DNA of 64,000 bases, taken from NCBI RefSeq assembly GCF_009914755.1, contig NC_060948.1. One strand, 5' to 3'. Origin of the DNA: the human T2T-CHM13v2.0 reference genome, Homo sapiens. Position numbers and translations under genes: made by a program. Of the stretch, positions 17,060 through 30,561 are shown piece by piece (position 1 is the stretch's first letter; each line of letters starts with the position of its first letter). The notes beneath the pieces are model-generated. The model did no database searches. It was not told the DNA's origin and was given only the letters and a program-made list of their open reading frames with translations.

Positions 17060-18440
17060 TTATCTTTGGTTTTCAACAGTTTGACTCTGGCCTATCTAAA
17101 TATGGTCATTTTTTTAATTTATCCTGCTTGGAGTTCTGTTGAGTTTCTTGGATCTGGAAGGTGCTGTCTTTGATCAATTTTACAAAAATATTCAAATATT
17201 TTTCTGTCTACCCTTTCATTTTCTGAAACCCTAGTTACACAAATGTTAAACCTTTTGATATCATTCCACAGTCTTGGCTCTTCTCTTTTTTCATTCTATT
17301 TTTTTTCTTTCTGTATTGCAGTTTAGATAAGTTTATTGAGTACATTGTAAATTGAATTAAATGATTTCTTTCCTGTTGTGTCCATTCTGTTGTTAAGCTC
17401 ATTCAATGACCTTTTCATTGCAGATACTATATTTTCCAATTCTAGGATTTTCATTTGGTTCTCCTTTATAGTTTCCATCTATTTGCTGAGATTCTGCCAT
17501 TTATTCACCCATTCCATCCTTTTCTGGTAAATCAATCCTTCACTATATTTTTAAAAACAGCTTTAAAGTCTGTGTCTGCTAATTCTAATATCTGGGTCAT
17601 CTGTGGGTCAGCATTTATAGCCCATTTTCCCTTTGATCACAAATCATATTGTCTTGCTTCTTCTTATGTTATCAAATTTTCATTCCATACTGACCATTAA
17701 AAATGACACCTTGTAGAGACTCCCAGCTACGCTCTCTTACTCTAAAGAGTGTTCAGTTTTGTTCTGGTGGGTCCTGTGTATGCTTTGTTTTAGGCTTTAT
17801 TAGGATGGGTCTATTTTGGTTTATCCCTTTGTCCTGGGATATAGTCCTTGATCATGAGATATGATCCTTATGACCCTTTTATGGTTTCAATGGAAAGATA
17901 TTCATAAAGTCTCTCTAATTTGGTGCCACTTGAACTGTAAACTCTGGCCAGTACTAGGCAGCAGCTGAAATCTCTGCTTAGCTCTGTAGCTTCCCAGCTG
18001 TGACTTTTTTCTGGATTCCTTGAGGTTGCACCCCATATAGGTAGAGGTTAGGAGACAGCCAAGGATCTGAGGGATATTTGGATGCAGATTTCAGAGCTCC
18101 CTGCTCTGTGGTTCCCTCCTTTATAGGATTTTAATCCTTAACTTCCAGCCACTTTGGCAACCTCAAACTCCAACCCCGTGTCCTCATCCCATTAAGACTT
18201 TCTGTTGTAGTTCAAACCTCCCACTGTGTCTCATGAGCTGAGAAATGCCTTTCGGTGACAAGCTGGATTAATGTGGAGCCCACCTAGTTGGCTTCCTTTC
18301 TTTCAAAGATTATTTTCACTCTAGTTTCTGCCTGTTTTTGATTATTCTCCTGGCTTTCAAAGAATGGTTTTAAATATTTTATTCAAAGTTAATAACTGTT
18401 ATTGGCAGGAGAGTTAGTCCGATAGCGGCTCTTCTATTAT
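17060..18440 (-). mobile_element. Old L1 (L1M-type) fragment
   Basis: T-rich degenerate L1 antisense motifs (tttatcctgcttggagttctgttgagtttcttggatctg; aattctaatatctgggtcatct). Boundaries approximate. Confidence 0.55.
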
Positions 18441-18658
18441 TCCGGGATCAAGCACTCACTCTTCATGTAAATTGTCATCACCCTTTTTTGGCCTAGTGCA
18501 GGTCAAACAGGCTATGCATTTGCCCACCCACCCAGCCTGGAATACAAAAATTCTAGCATTTTAGAAGTGATGGTGGCCAGTGAGACACTGCTGTTCTATC
18601 TTTTCATGAATATTGGCTAGTTGTTTAATAATGTGTATTTTATTTTAAAAAATCCCCA

Positions 18659-18962
18659 GGCTGAGTATGGTGGCTTATGCCTGTAATCCCAACAGTTTGG
18701 GAGGCCAAGGTGGGCACATTGCTTGAGCTCACAATTTCGGGACCACACTGGGCAACATGGCGAAACCCCATCTCTACCAAAAAATACAAAAATTAGTCAG
18801 GCATGGTGGCAGGTGCCTGTAGTCCCAGCTACTCAGGAGGCTTAGGTGGGAGGATCCCTTGAGCCTGGGAAGTGGAGGTTACAGTGAGCTGAGATAGTAC
18901 CACTGCATTCCAGCCTAGGCAAGGGATCCAGACCTAGTCTCAAAACAAACAAACAAACAAAC
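18659..18962 (+). mobile_element. Alu (J/S)
   Basis: Full dimer with (AAAC)n tail. Confidence 0.88.
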
Positions 18963-19089
18963 AGCTCCTGTCCCAGGGCTAGCATTTGACCTTCAAACCA
19001 CTTGCCGGGTCAAGGATGCTCAGGATTTCCTTACCTATCTCCTTGTTGTCATGAAAGGAAACAGGTCCAGAGGTTGAAAAACTGCCTCT

Positions 19090-19440
19090 GGCAGAGGCTG
19101 GCTAGGTGCTCACCAGAGCTGTTTTCTCCTCCTGGACACTCAGCTTAACAGTACATTTCTCAGGCCTTCGTATATGGATGGGGCTATGTGACTAGTGTTC
19201 TTCCTCTTGTCTAGCAGGGGGATGATGCCAGGGTAATCTTTGTTCTTCTCTCTTACCAGGATAATTTTAAAGACATTTATTGAAGATGGTGGAGCCACAA
19301 TATGGAAGGAGTCAAGGTCTCTAAATGACCACATAAGTGGAACTTTCTTCCTGACCAATATTTGACTGGGATATGGACAAGAAAGTAATCTTTGATTATG
19401 TTAAGCTACTGAGATTTCTTTTTTACAGCAATTGGTGCTA
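19090..19440 (+). mobile_element. MaLR (MLT1-like) LTR relic
   Basis: Motifs gaagatggtggagccacaatatggaagg and ttatgttaagctactgagattt are typical of MLT1. Confidence 0.5.
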
Positions 19441-19664
19441 TTTATGCTAATAAATGTGCACAAACAATACCCTAGTTAGCGGCAAAAATATTACTAGAAC
19501 CAGATCTCCCATTTCCTTTAATGGTTAAATATAATTCCATTCAAATATAACTTTCATAATTATTACATTAGTAAACTCATTTACATAATAGTTTATAACG
19601 ATTAGGAGCATGCTTATGAATGAATGAAAATCATGACTTAATAAATGGAAACATAGTGACTTAC

Positions 19665-19760
19665 CTACAATTTCAATGCCTTTTTGTTTAAGCTGTGCAA
19701 AGCATTTGTATTAAGATTTAATATAAATTGCAGTTCTGGTGTAAGTTTTCAGAAGCCATC
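19665..19760 (-). pseudogene. PARP4 pseudo-exon (DGF*KLTPELQFILNLNTNALHS...)
   Basis: TGG>TGA stop; acceptor reads AT instead of AG; donor |gtaagt intact; apparent small deletion. Confidence 0.88.
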
Positions 19761-20219
19761 ATACAAAATTAAGAAAACAAAGGTAAGTTATGTTATTGAC
19801 ATTTTATGACATAAGAAGTTAGGTAGTGGGGGAGGGAGAGGGGCAAGGTTTGAAAAACATATTTTCACTACTTGGGCAACAAGACAATTAGAAGCCCAAA
19901 CCTCAGCAACACACAGTATGCCCATGTAATAAACCTGTACATGTACCTCTGCATCTAAAATAAAATTTTAACAAATTAAATGAAAAAAGAAGCTATGGGA
20001 TAAATATGTTTCCATGTATTGAATTTCAGTTAATTACAGCATTTCTAACATTTTTATTACTGTAAAATAAGGTTCTTCATACACTAGTGACATAGTATTG
20101 TTTGGAACCTCATAAACGCTATGAAGACTACATATGTGGTGGCATTTATAAAAAGTGTGGAAAGAGACTCATGTGTAGAGATTTTTTTAAATCGTACTTT
20201 TTTTCTTCTAGCAATGCTT

Positions 20220-20800
20220 TATTTCATTTTTTATTGGTACGTATTTTGGGGTTCACATGATATTTTGATACATGCATAGAATGTGAAATAATCAGGTCAG
20301 GGTATTTAGGATCTCCATCAGCTTGAACATTTATCATGTATTTGTGTTGGCAATATTTCGAATATTTTCTTCTAGCCATTTTGACGTATACAATGTCTTG
20401 TTAACTATAGTCACCCTACTGCATTATCAACTAGCAATGAGCATTGAACCGGTATTTCTCAAACTTTTAAATAGCATGATTCCCTCTTTAAAAAAAACCC
20501 ACTTTACTGAAATATGACTGGCATACAAAAAGTCACCAATATTTTATGTATACAACTTGATGTGCTTGGAGTTAAGTATACACCTGTGAAAACATCAAAC
20601 CATCAATCATCAATGCCATGAACTTAGCCACCACTCCCAGAACTTTTCTTCCACCCCTTTTGTTTTGTTTTGTTCCCTTTTGTGGAAAAAGTGCTTAACA
20701 TAAGATAGACCTCTTAGCAAATGCTTAAGTATACCATATTGGATTGTCAATCATAGGCCCTGTATTGTACAGTAGATCTCCAGCATGATTCCTTTTGTTT
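20220..20800 (-). mobile_element. Old L1 3'-end fragments (L1MA/MB/MC-like)
   Basis: Antisense L1 3'UTR motifs, e.g. atattttgatacatgcatagaatgtg and ttaactatagtcaccctact. Confidence 0.6.
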
Positions 20801-22105
20801 AACATAAAAATGTACCCTGATGTAGTCTGAAACATGAAAATGACAGTTTTTTCTAAGTATAAAATTGTTATATTAAACACGGACTTTAAAACTAACTTGC
20901 CTGCACCCCCCCAACTTCTGCCTGCTTCATCACATGCAGAGGAGAGTGTGCTAAGCCTGAGCTTGGGGATATTAACCTCAACGGAGACAGAATCCAGGGA
21001 AACCAACACAGGGAGCAGAAAGCAGGGTGTGGCCCTAGGCAGGTGCACAGGTTTAAGGGCCTATGGCAATAATTTGAAAAATTACAGCAGTGATAATATG
21101 TGCCATCCCATAGAGAAATGGTACCAGGTGCTGTTCTTTTATATGTTTAGCCACTTCCTGTGGAGCACTATTATCACACCCACATTGCAGATGAGAACAC
21201 GGAGGCAGAGAAAGGTGAAGTAATTGTCTAAAGTCTCACAGCTAACAAGCAGCAGAGTCAGGAGTGGCTGTGGGATCCACACTCTTGACCATCTGCAGTA
21301 TGCTCCCAGCAGGCTTTTGGGTGCACTGTCTCAAGTAGGGAAACTGGGCAGCTGTGATTATCCTGTTTAAACCCCAAACCCACTCTGTGAAGTAGACACT
21401 ATCATTATCTCCACTATATGGATGAGGAAACTGAGGCTCAGAAAGGTTACCTGACTTGCCCCAATCACAAAGTTGGCTGGGACTCAGGCTTACTTTTATG
21501 CTGCATCAAGCCCTTTCCGTTTCACTAAACTACTTTACACCAAACCAAGTAATCACAGATGCAGGACTGGGTCTTAGTACCAGTGCAGGGGCCAAATCTA
21601 CAGGGTGTTTATTAGCTTAACAAATGGAGTGATAAGCTCTAACACAATATACACGTTGAATAATATCTGTATTCCCATGACCTTATGTGAAAATATTTAG
21701 AGTACAAGTACAAGTGCTTGTGCTCTACTTCACAGTGTGAAATTTATGTGGATTACAATCCATTAGTTCTAGAATCTAGGAAATTAAGATCTCACCCCAT
21801 CATCTGTTCAGAGATCTTCATTTTCATGTGAGGAATAGAAACATTCACCAGCATGAGGTTCTGGTCTAATGTTGGTAGAGAAACACCAGCCAGCATCAAG
21901 CACACTGTTTCATCCAGCTGTCTGTTTTGTTTTGTAGCAAGAGTTCCTCAATGAGTGAAGCAGTATGATTTACACCCCAGTGCACAAGCCCCTTCCTTCA
22001 CTACAGACTGACGATAGACAGTTCCTTGACCAGCTGCTTTGAGGAGCCCCATTCTAAACTATGAAGCCAGCTAACCACAGATTTAAGGAGAAATAAAACA
22101 CATAC

Positions 22106-23186
22106 CTCTCTCTGTAGACTGAAGAGTGCAGTCCAAGGCACAGCATCCTGCCAGTGCTGTGTGCACACTGTTTCATCCTCCTCTATTACCTCCAGAAAGC
22201 ACGGGATACTGTTGTCTGTTGTATCACATTTTATTTGTAAAAAGCAGTACTTCTCATAGCTCATGACTTTCTGTTTCAGAACAACTTTGAAAACCATAGT
22301 CAGGACATTGACTTCCTTCAAGACTGCCTACTGATTCGTCCAGAAGACAGAGATCTACTGGGGTAGTCCAGGACTGACTGTAAAGAGGCTCAGGTAAGGC
22401 AGAGGTTATTGGCAGTCAAAGGGGCTGCGGAAAGCTGAAAATGAAAAGGAGAGGAAGCAGAGGGATGATAAGACCCAAAACCTCTGATGGGATCAGGGTC
22501 TGTAGGAAGAGAGAAATGAAGCTGGGGAGAATCCAGCTCAGGGTAGGTGCCAGTAGAAGGCCTGGTCGTACGGCCTCCAACAGGTTGCAGTGGAGCAGAC
22601 TGTGTGGAGCTCAATGAGCTCCCTGAAAGAGCAATGCCACAGTAGGGTGCAGAAGAGGGGTTCTGGGGAGGTCCTGTGGGACAAGACGCCAACTGTGGGA
22701 TACAGTCAGCACAACTGCCAGGCACAGGGCCTTGGCTGAATTGAGATGCATCAAACTGTCTGGGAGGAGCAGCAAAACCAAAACTAGCTATCTGACAATA
22801 TGAGGCAAAAGGCAAGGAAGCAGGACTGTGAGAGCGGGCAGCCGGGGGAAGAGAGGAACCAAAGGCTGGAGCAGAAACACAAAAAAAGTTAGAAGTAGAT
22901 GTTTCCGGTCAGGCGCGGTGGCTGACGCCTGTAATCCCAGCACTTTGGGAGGCCGAGGCGGGCGGATCACGAGGTCAGGAGATCGAGACCATCCTGGCTA
23001 ACACGGTGAAACCCCATCTCTACAAAAAATACAAAAAATTAGCCGGGCGTGGTGGCGGGTGCCTGCAGTCCCAGCTACTCAGGAGGCTGAGGCAGGAGAA
23101 TGGCATGAACCCGGGAGGCGGAGCTTGCAGTGAGCCGAGATCGCACCACTGTACTGAAGCATGGGTGACAGAGTGAGACTCCGTCT

Positions 23187-23221
<35 letters not shown>

Positions 23222-23484
23222 AGTAGATGTTTCCAGTGGACTTTCTTAACTTTCTTATATAGTGGTTCAGTTGCTGTTGGTTTACATGACTCTGTCCAAT
23301 TTAAATCCAATAGCTTTTCCACACCTCCACGTTCCAAAGTTGATGTGAAAGCTGGTAGTACACCTAAGCCATCCTCTTCAAAATCTTCAGAAATTTCTGT
23401 CTTAGATAATTTCATTTTTCTTTTAGCCCTAAGTTTTGGTTTGGATGAAGGTAATTCTTGCCACTCAGAGGACACTAAAAGAGG
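22106..23484 (-). pseudogene. PARP4 pseudo-exon: large Pro/Ser-rich exon, interrupted by AluY
   Basis: cag| acceptor at 23485 and |gtatgt donor at 22105. ORF-track peptides [61 protein letters not shown] and CTQHWQDAVPWT match PARP4. Confidence 0.95.
22907..23218 (+). mobile_element. AluY inserted in the PARP4 pseudo-exon
   Basis: AluY diagnostics, many CpGs kept, ~32-nt pure poly-A, perfect 16-bp TSD AGAAGTAGATGTTTCC (22891-22906; 23219-23234). Confidence 0.95.
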
Positions 23485-23645
23485 CTGCCCAGAAGAGAGA
23501 ATTATTAACATAAGAGGAAAACACAGAATAAAAAGAACAATCAAGCAAACATTCTTCCTAGCACTTGACTTCCCACCCATCAGGCAGTTGCTCATCCAGA
23601 ATCATAATCATCAATGTGAGCTGGGATGTTGAAAATAACACCAGT

Positions 23646-23945
23646 GCTGGGTGCGGCAACTCACGCCTATAATCCCAGCACTTTGGGAGGCCAAAGAGGA
23701 AGGATCGCTTGAGGCTAGGAGTTTGAGAGCAGCTTGGGCGACACACTGAGACTCCATCTCTACAAAAAATAAAAAATTAGCCAGGTGTAGTGGCTCACGC
23801 CTATAGTCCCAGCCACCTGGCAGGCTGAGGCAGGAGGAGTGCTTGAGTCTGGGAAGCTGAGGCAGCTATGAGTGCAGATTTGCACTACTGCTCTCCAGCC
23901 TGGGCGAGAGGGCAATACTCTGTCTAAAAAAAGAAAAAAAGGAAA
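23646..23945 (+). mobile_element. AluJ-like
   Basis: Full dimer. Confidence 0.87.
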
Positions 23946-24289
23946 GAAAATAACGCCACCAGAGACATTCAAGATCATTTCAGTACAAGGCCCTTTTTTT
24001 CTAGACATGGAAACTGAGACCTGGAGAGAATATCAGCAATCAATAGATTGAAAGAACTTCTCTCTTAGTTCTTAGAATTGTGGAAATTTAAACACCCCTC
24101 ATTTTACACATGAGGGAACTGAGGAGCACAGAAGTGACTTGCCCAAGATTTTACAATGAGCAGTATCACTGGGTGTATGTTAGGCCTAACATTAGATAGT
24201 CATTTGAAGTAAATTATTCTACTCTTTTATATTGCTTTACAGCAATATTAAGAAAATGGAAAAACAGTCTCAAAAGCTTTATTTAGTTT

Positions 24290-24592
24290 TTTACTTATTT
24301 ATTTTTTGAGACAGGGTCTTGCTCTGTTGTCTGAGGCTGGAGTACCATGGTACAATCACAACTCACTATAGCCTCAAACTCCTGGGCTCAAGCGATCCTC
24401 TCACCTCAGCCTCCCCAGTAGCTGGGACTATGAGCATGTGCCACCACACCCAGCTTATTTTTAAATTATTCTTTTGTAGAGATATGATCTCGCTGTGTTG
24501 ACCAGGCTGATTTTGAACTCCTGGGCTCAAGTGATCCTCTCAGCTCGGCCTCTCAAAGTGCTAGGATTACATGTGTGAGACTCTGTCCAGCC
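24290..24592 (-). mobile_element. AluJ-like
   Basis: Full dimer; flanked on both sides by AAAAGCTTT (possible TSD). Confidence 0.87.
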
Positions 24593-24959
24593 AAAAGCTT
24601 TAAGGTAATTAAATGAACATATAGTTATAGAAGAATATGAATAATATGCATGCAAAACAAATTTTGAGGGATGCTATATTACTATTACTGTTTCAATCTA
24701 AATGGAAATAGTGTTCCTCAAAAAGTTGGCTGTATCAAATCCAGTTTTAGATGGATGACAAGTCCTTGATATTTTTGAAATAGTTAGCCTGTAATTTTAC
24801 CTGTGAATATGAACTATTTAAAAGAGGAGTAGTCCATTCCCAACTCAGTCAAATTTTAAGTATATTCCTGAATAATTAATATTATACAATATATGAAAAG
24901 ACAGATTTAAAAATAATGCTTACTTATCTGGTTAAATTTTTAAAAATCAGAGAAGCAAA

Positions 24960-25680
24960 CTGGAAAAGACTAATAGTGATGGACTAGACCTATCAGATAT
25001 TAAAGTCTTTTATAAAATTACAATAATTATAGTAGATGAATCAAGGAACAGAGTAGATTAAGTCCAGCAATAGCTCCTAAAACGTGAGAACTACTAGATT
25101 ATGAAGGTGGCATTTCAAGTCAATAGGAGGAAAAGGAATAGCCATCTGGAAAAGAAAAATATTGGTTCCATATCTCTCATCTTGTGCCAGGATAAATTTC
25201 AATCAGATGAAAAATTGATGTAAACATGAAAACATAAAACTATTTAAAGTAATAAAGGGAAAAATTTTTAAGTGTAATCTCTGACTAGGAAAGGTATTTC
25301 TAAGCATGATGAAAAACAAAACAACACTAAACAAAAAAAAAGAAACACAAAGATTAAAAATTTGACTGCATTAAAAAATCTGCATTACAAAAAGATAATA
25401 AACAACATCAAAATAACATGTGGAATACTGGTAAATAAATTTTCACAACTCATATCACAAAGGGCCAATTTCCCTAACATAAAAAGTTTTCATAAGATAA
25501 ACAAGAAAACGACTAAAATCTCAATAAAAAAGATAAAAGACATGAACAGATAACACACAGGAAGTGATGCATAGGGCTGTAAGAATATAAAACGTGCTCC
25601 TCTTCATTCATAAAGAAACAAAAATATAAATGTCACCAATATATTTTTCACCTGTAAGATTTGCAAAGATCAAAAATTTG
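24960..25680 (+). mobile_element. Old L1 (L1ME-like) ORF2/3' relic
   Basis: A-rich degenerate L1 motifs (cctatcagatattaaag; aaagacatgaacagat). Confidence 0.55.
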
Positions 25681-25684
25681 ATTA

Positions 25685-26039
<355 letters not shown>

Positions 26040-26149
26040 TCATTATGATTCTTCTATTTGCCAAAATCACCCATTTGCTTCCTCTTTCCCTTGAAATTCA
26101 CAATTGCTTATTTTGCTTAACCACACACTCACACCTTGATCATCTAAGG

Positions 26150-26461
26150 TGTGGCCCCCAATCTTTTTGGCAGCAGGGACTGGTTTCATGGAAGGCAATT
26201 TTTCCATGGACGGGGTGGGGCAGATGGTTTTGGGATGAAACTATTCCACCTCAGATCATCAGGCATTAGATTCTCAGAAAGGGCACCTAGATCCCTCCAT
26301 GGGCTGTTCACAACAGGGTTCGGGGCTCCCATGAGAATCTACTGCCACTGCTGATGTGACAGGAGGTGAGCTCAGGCAGTAATGCTCGCTCACTGCCCCC
26401 CCACCTTCTGTTGCGCAGCCTGGTTCCTGACAGGTCAGGGACTGCAGGTTGGGGACCCCTG
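26150..26461 (+). mobile_element. MER1B (hAT-Charlie DNA transposon)
   Basis: cagatcatcaggcattagattctc...gttggggacccctg; near-perfect 8-bp TSD ATCTAAGG/ATTTAAGG. Confidence 0.8.
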
Positions 26462-27202
26462 ATTTAAGGAACAGCATGGGCTCTGGACCCCTAGCTTCAG
26501 TGCCCTCAATTTCTTGCTAAGAGTTATAGCATTGAATTTTTCAAATGATTTACTTTAAAAACTTGGATTAGGAGGTATGTTTTAAAAATGTCTCCCTCTG
26601 GCTTGTTCTCAGTGTGCTTTCATGAGCGGGAGGGAACGAAGTGGACTTGGGGTTGGTGCAGAAGACACTGCGCCTAAGCCCTGGTGTGGCTTTAGGGGGG
26701 CGAGAGCACCCAGCACTGAGCGCTGTCCTTCCTGAGCGCGTCCCAGCAGAAAAGGTGTTGCACTCCCTGGACGGTCTCATTTCACAATGAAGATGTATCA
26801 AATAAGGAAATGCCTCAAGCTTCAGTGAGTCGGGAAGGACCAAACAGATCCAGATGTCTGGGCTCTATTGCAGCTGGCTTGTTACTGAATTCAGTGGAAT
26901 AACTCCATGCAGAATGTGGCAGGTGCCACATTTTGGTAAAACAGATACCGAGGGAGAGTAACAGAGGCTTGACATTTTTGATAAATTACATGGCCCATTA
27001 AAAAAATTTATTGCAGCTAACATAAATATAAACTTTCAAGTCATCAAACTAATGGATAATATTTTTCATCTGATATTTTTGGATCTGGAAGTATTCAGAT
27101 CCAAAGTATTTGCAAATTTAGTATGAAATAATTCATCACCACGCTGTATTAAAACCTAAATTAATTTATAACTAATTTTGAAAATAACTTCAAACATCTC
27201 TA

Positions 27203-27406
<204 letters not shown>

Positions 27407-27962
27407 TTAGAAAATACAAGTAGACACAAGTAGACAGCCACAAAGAAGAACATAAAAGCCATACAGAATGTTTTATCTGATCTCTGGCATATATCCCTCC
27501 AGAGCTTTTCTCTGAACAAAGTACTTACGTGTGTGGCAGAGTGTAGGGGCGTATCTCTTATTTTGTTAATTTAATTTTCATTGTGGGAATAATGTATACA
27601 ACAATGTTTGCTATTGTAGTCATTTCAGAGGTTAGTGGCATGAAGCACACTCACACTGTTGTGCAACCATGACCATCTCCAGTTTCAGAGCTTCTTCTGG
27701 GTGTGCGTTTTTGAAACACATAAAAGATAAGTATACATTTTCCAGGGCCCATTTTAACAGTGAGTCTCTCTTGTTTCAAGGACAGTCGATTCTTAATTGT
27801 ACATCAGAATTTTTTTTTTCCAAAACAATGAACTTCCTACTCCTCCTGACTCCCCAAACTATTTGTTTGTGTTTGCTTAAAGTATTATTTTTCTTTCATG
27901 GGCAATCCATGCCAATGGTTCAAAATTCAAAATATACAAAAGGGTGCACTGTAAGAAAGTAA

Positions 27963-28262
27963 GGCCAGGGGCGGTGGCTCATGCCTGAAATCTGAGCACT
28001 TTGGAAGGCCAAGGCAGGTGGATCACTTGAGGTCAGGAGTTCGAGACTAGCCTGGCCAACATGGTGAAACCCTGTCTCTACTAAAAATACAAAAATTAGC
28101 TGGGTGTGGTGGCACACAAGTGTAATCTCAGCTAATCAGGAGACAGAGGCATGAGAATCACTTGAACCCAGGAGGCAGAGGTGGCAGTGAGTCGACATCA
28201 TGCCACTGCCCTCCAGCCTGGGTGACAGAGTGAGACTCCATCTCAAAAAAAAAAAAAAAAAG
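27963..28262 (+). mobile_element. AluS-like
   Basis: Full dimer with poly-A. Confidence 0.9.
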
Positions 28263-28744
28263 TTAAGATTTAAAAAAAAGAAGAAAAAGCAAGTATCCCT
28301 CCAAACCCAAGACCACTTGTCAGCTTTCTGCCCCATCTGTTTGGGCAACAGTGTCTGTTTCAGACACCTTTGTGAATTAATAACTACAGCTAATATTTAT
28401 CAAATATCCACAAGCTAGACATGTTATAATGGTCTCAGAACTCTTTACAATCACCTGAGGTGGATTTTTCTGCTCTCCCCACTCGGGCATTAGGACTGGG
28501 GCACTGGGAAGGTCAAGTCCAACAGAGCGAAGTGCGGGCTGGGGTTCAGACCTGAGCACTCAGCCACAGCACCTGTGATCTTAACCACTGTATTTACTGA
28601 CTTTCAGTCATCTACCTTTTATGATATTTGCCAACCTGACAGAGTTAAATAATAAAAAGGAATCTCATGACAGTTTTTATATTTTAAATTCTTTTAGTAA
28701 CAAGGTTGCACATCTTTCGTATGTTATTTTCTTATTTATGATCA

Positions 28745-29155
28745 AATCCTCACTCTGTTACCCAGGCTGGAGTGTAGGGGTGCCATTTTGGCTCACTGCA
28801 ACCTCTGCCTCCTGGGTTCAAGCATCTTCCTGCCACAGCCTCTTGAGTAGCTGGGATTGCAGGCATGCACCACCATGCCCAGCTAATTTTTGTACTTTTT
28901 TTTGGAGAGATGGGGTTTCAGCATTTTCCCCAGGCTGGTCTTGAACTTCTGGGCTCAAGCAATCTGCTTCTTCGGCCTCCCAAAGTGCTGGGATTACAAG
29001 CATGAGCCACTGCACCCAGCCTAAAAAACTTTTTGTAGAGATGAGTTCTCACTTTGTTGCCCAGGCTGGTCTCAAACTCCTGGGTTGAGGTGATTTTTCC
29101 CACCTCAGCTTCCCAAAGTGCTTCGATTACAGTAATGAACCATGGTGCCCAGTTA
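28745..29155 (-). mobile_element. AluJ plus extra left-arm fragment
   Basis: Alu reverse complement to ~29021, then another monomer. Confidence 0.85.
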
Positions 29156-29726
29156 GATTTTAAATTCTTACATTTTGGAAATTTTAGTTTTTTAACCTAG
29201 AGACCTAAGAGTGTTATCGGCACTGTTAACAAAACAGTTTCTTTGCTTTTCAATTTGTTTCCAATTTTTATTTAAGCCACATTTTTCCATTTCTATTGTA
29301 TTTCTGGTCATAAGGGCCACAGTCTAAAGCACTATAAACTTTAAGAAATATTGGTGGTGAATTTAGATTATTAGCAGTTCTATTGATCTATTAGATATAG
29401 CACTTCTATTGATAATTTTATGACAAACCTATTACACTACCTAGATGACTTTAGCTTCCTGTATGAAAATCTATTTGCCCATGATAGAAGCACAGCCACA
29501 GGTGTTCTCTTTTTGTACTATACAGCTCCGTTCATACATTGTGAAGTCTCTGTAATGCAACATGATGTAATTCAACATTTTATAAATGCATGAATATTTT
29601 CCATCATCAGGGATACAACAACTTCTTCATATACAGGTAAGAAGGGAGCTATTTTAGCAAAGGGTTCCCTTCATCTTCATGAACAAACAAAGCTCAATAT
29701 CAACTTATTTGGTAATCAGCATTTAC

Positions 29727-29849
29727 TTGGTTCCTGATGGCTCCTTGGTGCTCCCCCTGCCAGCTCATGTAGGGCAGGAAGTCTACATCTTCTTTGGTAA
29801 TAAGTTCAGAAACTTTTGGAATATCAGGAAAAGGTGACTCATTCTCATC
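29727..29849 (-). pseudogene. PARP4 pseudo-exon (DENESPFPDIPKVSELITKEDVDFLPYMSWQGEHQGAIRNQ)
   Basis: 123 nt, open frame, tag| and |gtaaat splice sites intact. Confidence 0.92.
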
Positions 29850-30465
29850 CTATATCGAATCACAAATAGATTAAATCAAACAGACATTATCCAATTAAAT
29901 GATAATCACACATTCTAAAGCCTATGGGTGTTGGCTTTTATGCTGGTGTGTGGGACTGGAGCTTGGGCCTTGGGCCACAAGCGTGAGGGAAAGTGGGGAG
30001 GTGGAGTGACTTTCCTCTTTACAGAGCACTGGCAGGTGCTGGCCACTGTGCTGGGCATATTATGTGAATTTTCCCCTTAAACTTATGAAGGGGGAAGGGG
30101 CTCTCAGAGAACCCAGGCCTTTTCTATTTTTTGACGATCTTGGATTAATAAAAGACAATAAATGCCAAAACTGTAACAAAATTATAGGGTATCTGAAAAA
30201 TACACATTAGCTAATTATTAATAATAACTATAACATTAAAAATGATAACATACCCAACTCATTTAGAAAGATCACCATAAGTCCCAACACTGAAACTGCC
30301 CATGAATGGGAGGTTGGGACTCATGGGGCCTACTGGCCTGTCAGCAACCCACGCTTCACAGGCCCAGGGTGTGGGTGTTGTCATTAACCGTCAAAGCAAG
30401 AGTGACTTTCTTAATGTGGAAATATAAATAAAATAATATAACCTTGAATTAACAATAATACATAC

Positions 30466-30561
30466 CCTTTTCTCAACTGCCACAAAGCTTGTAAATTGTA
30501 TTATGAGAGAGTTTTCTTTACTGGGTTTAATAATCAGAGATTTCAAGGTTTGTTTCTTCAT
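30466..30561 (-). pseudogene. PARP4 pseudo-exon (MKKQTLKSLIIKPSKENSLIIQFTSFVAVEKR)
   Basis: 96 nt, open frame; acceptor reads GG; donor |gtatg intact. Confidence 0.92.

Noticed and set aside
23020-23595. 191-aa ORF as a PARP4-Alu fusion protein
   Set aside because: It starts in intron sequence and reads through the antisense Alu poly-T by chance. There is no promoter or expression evidence.
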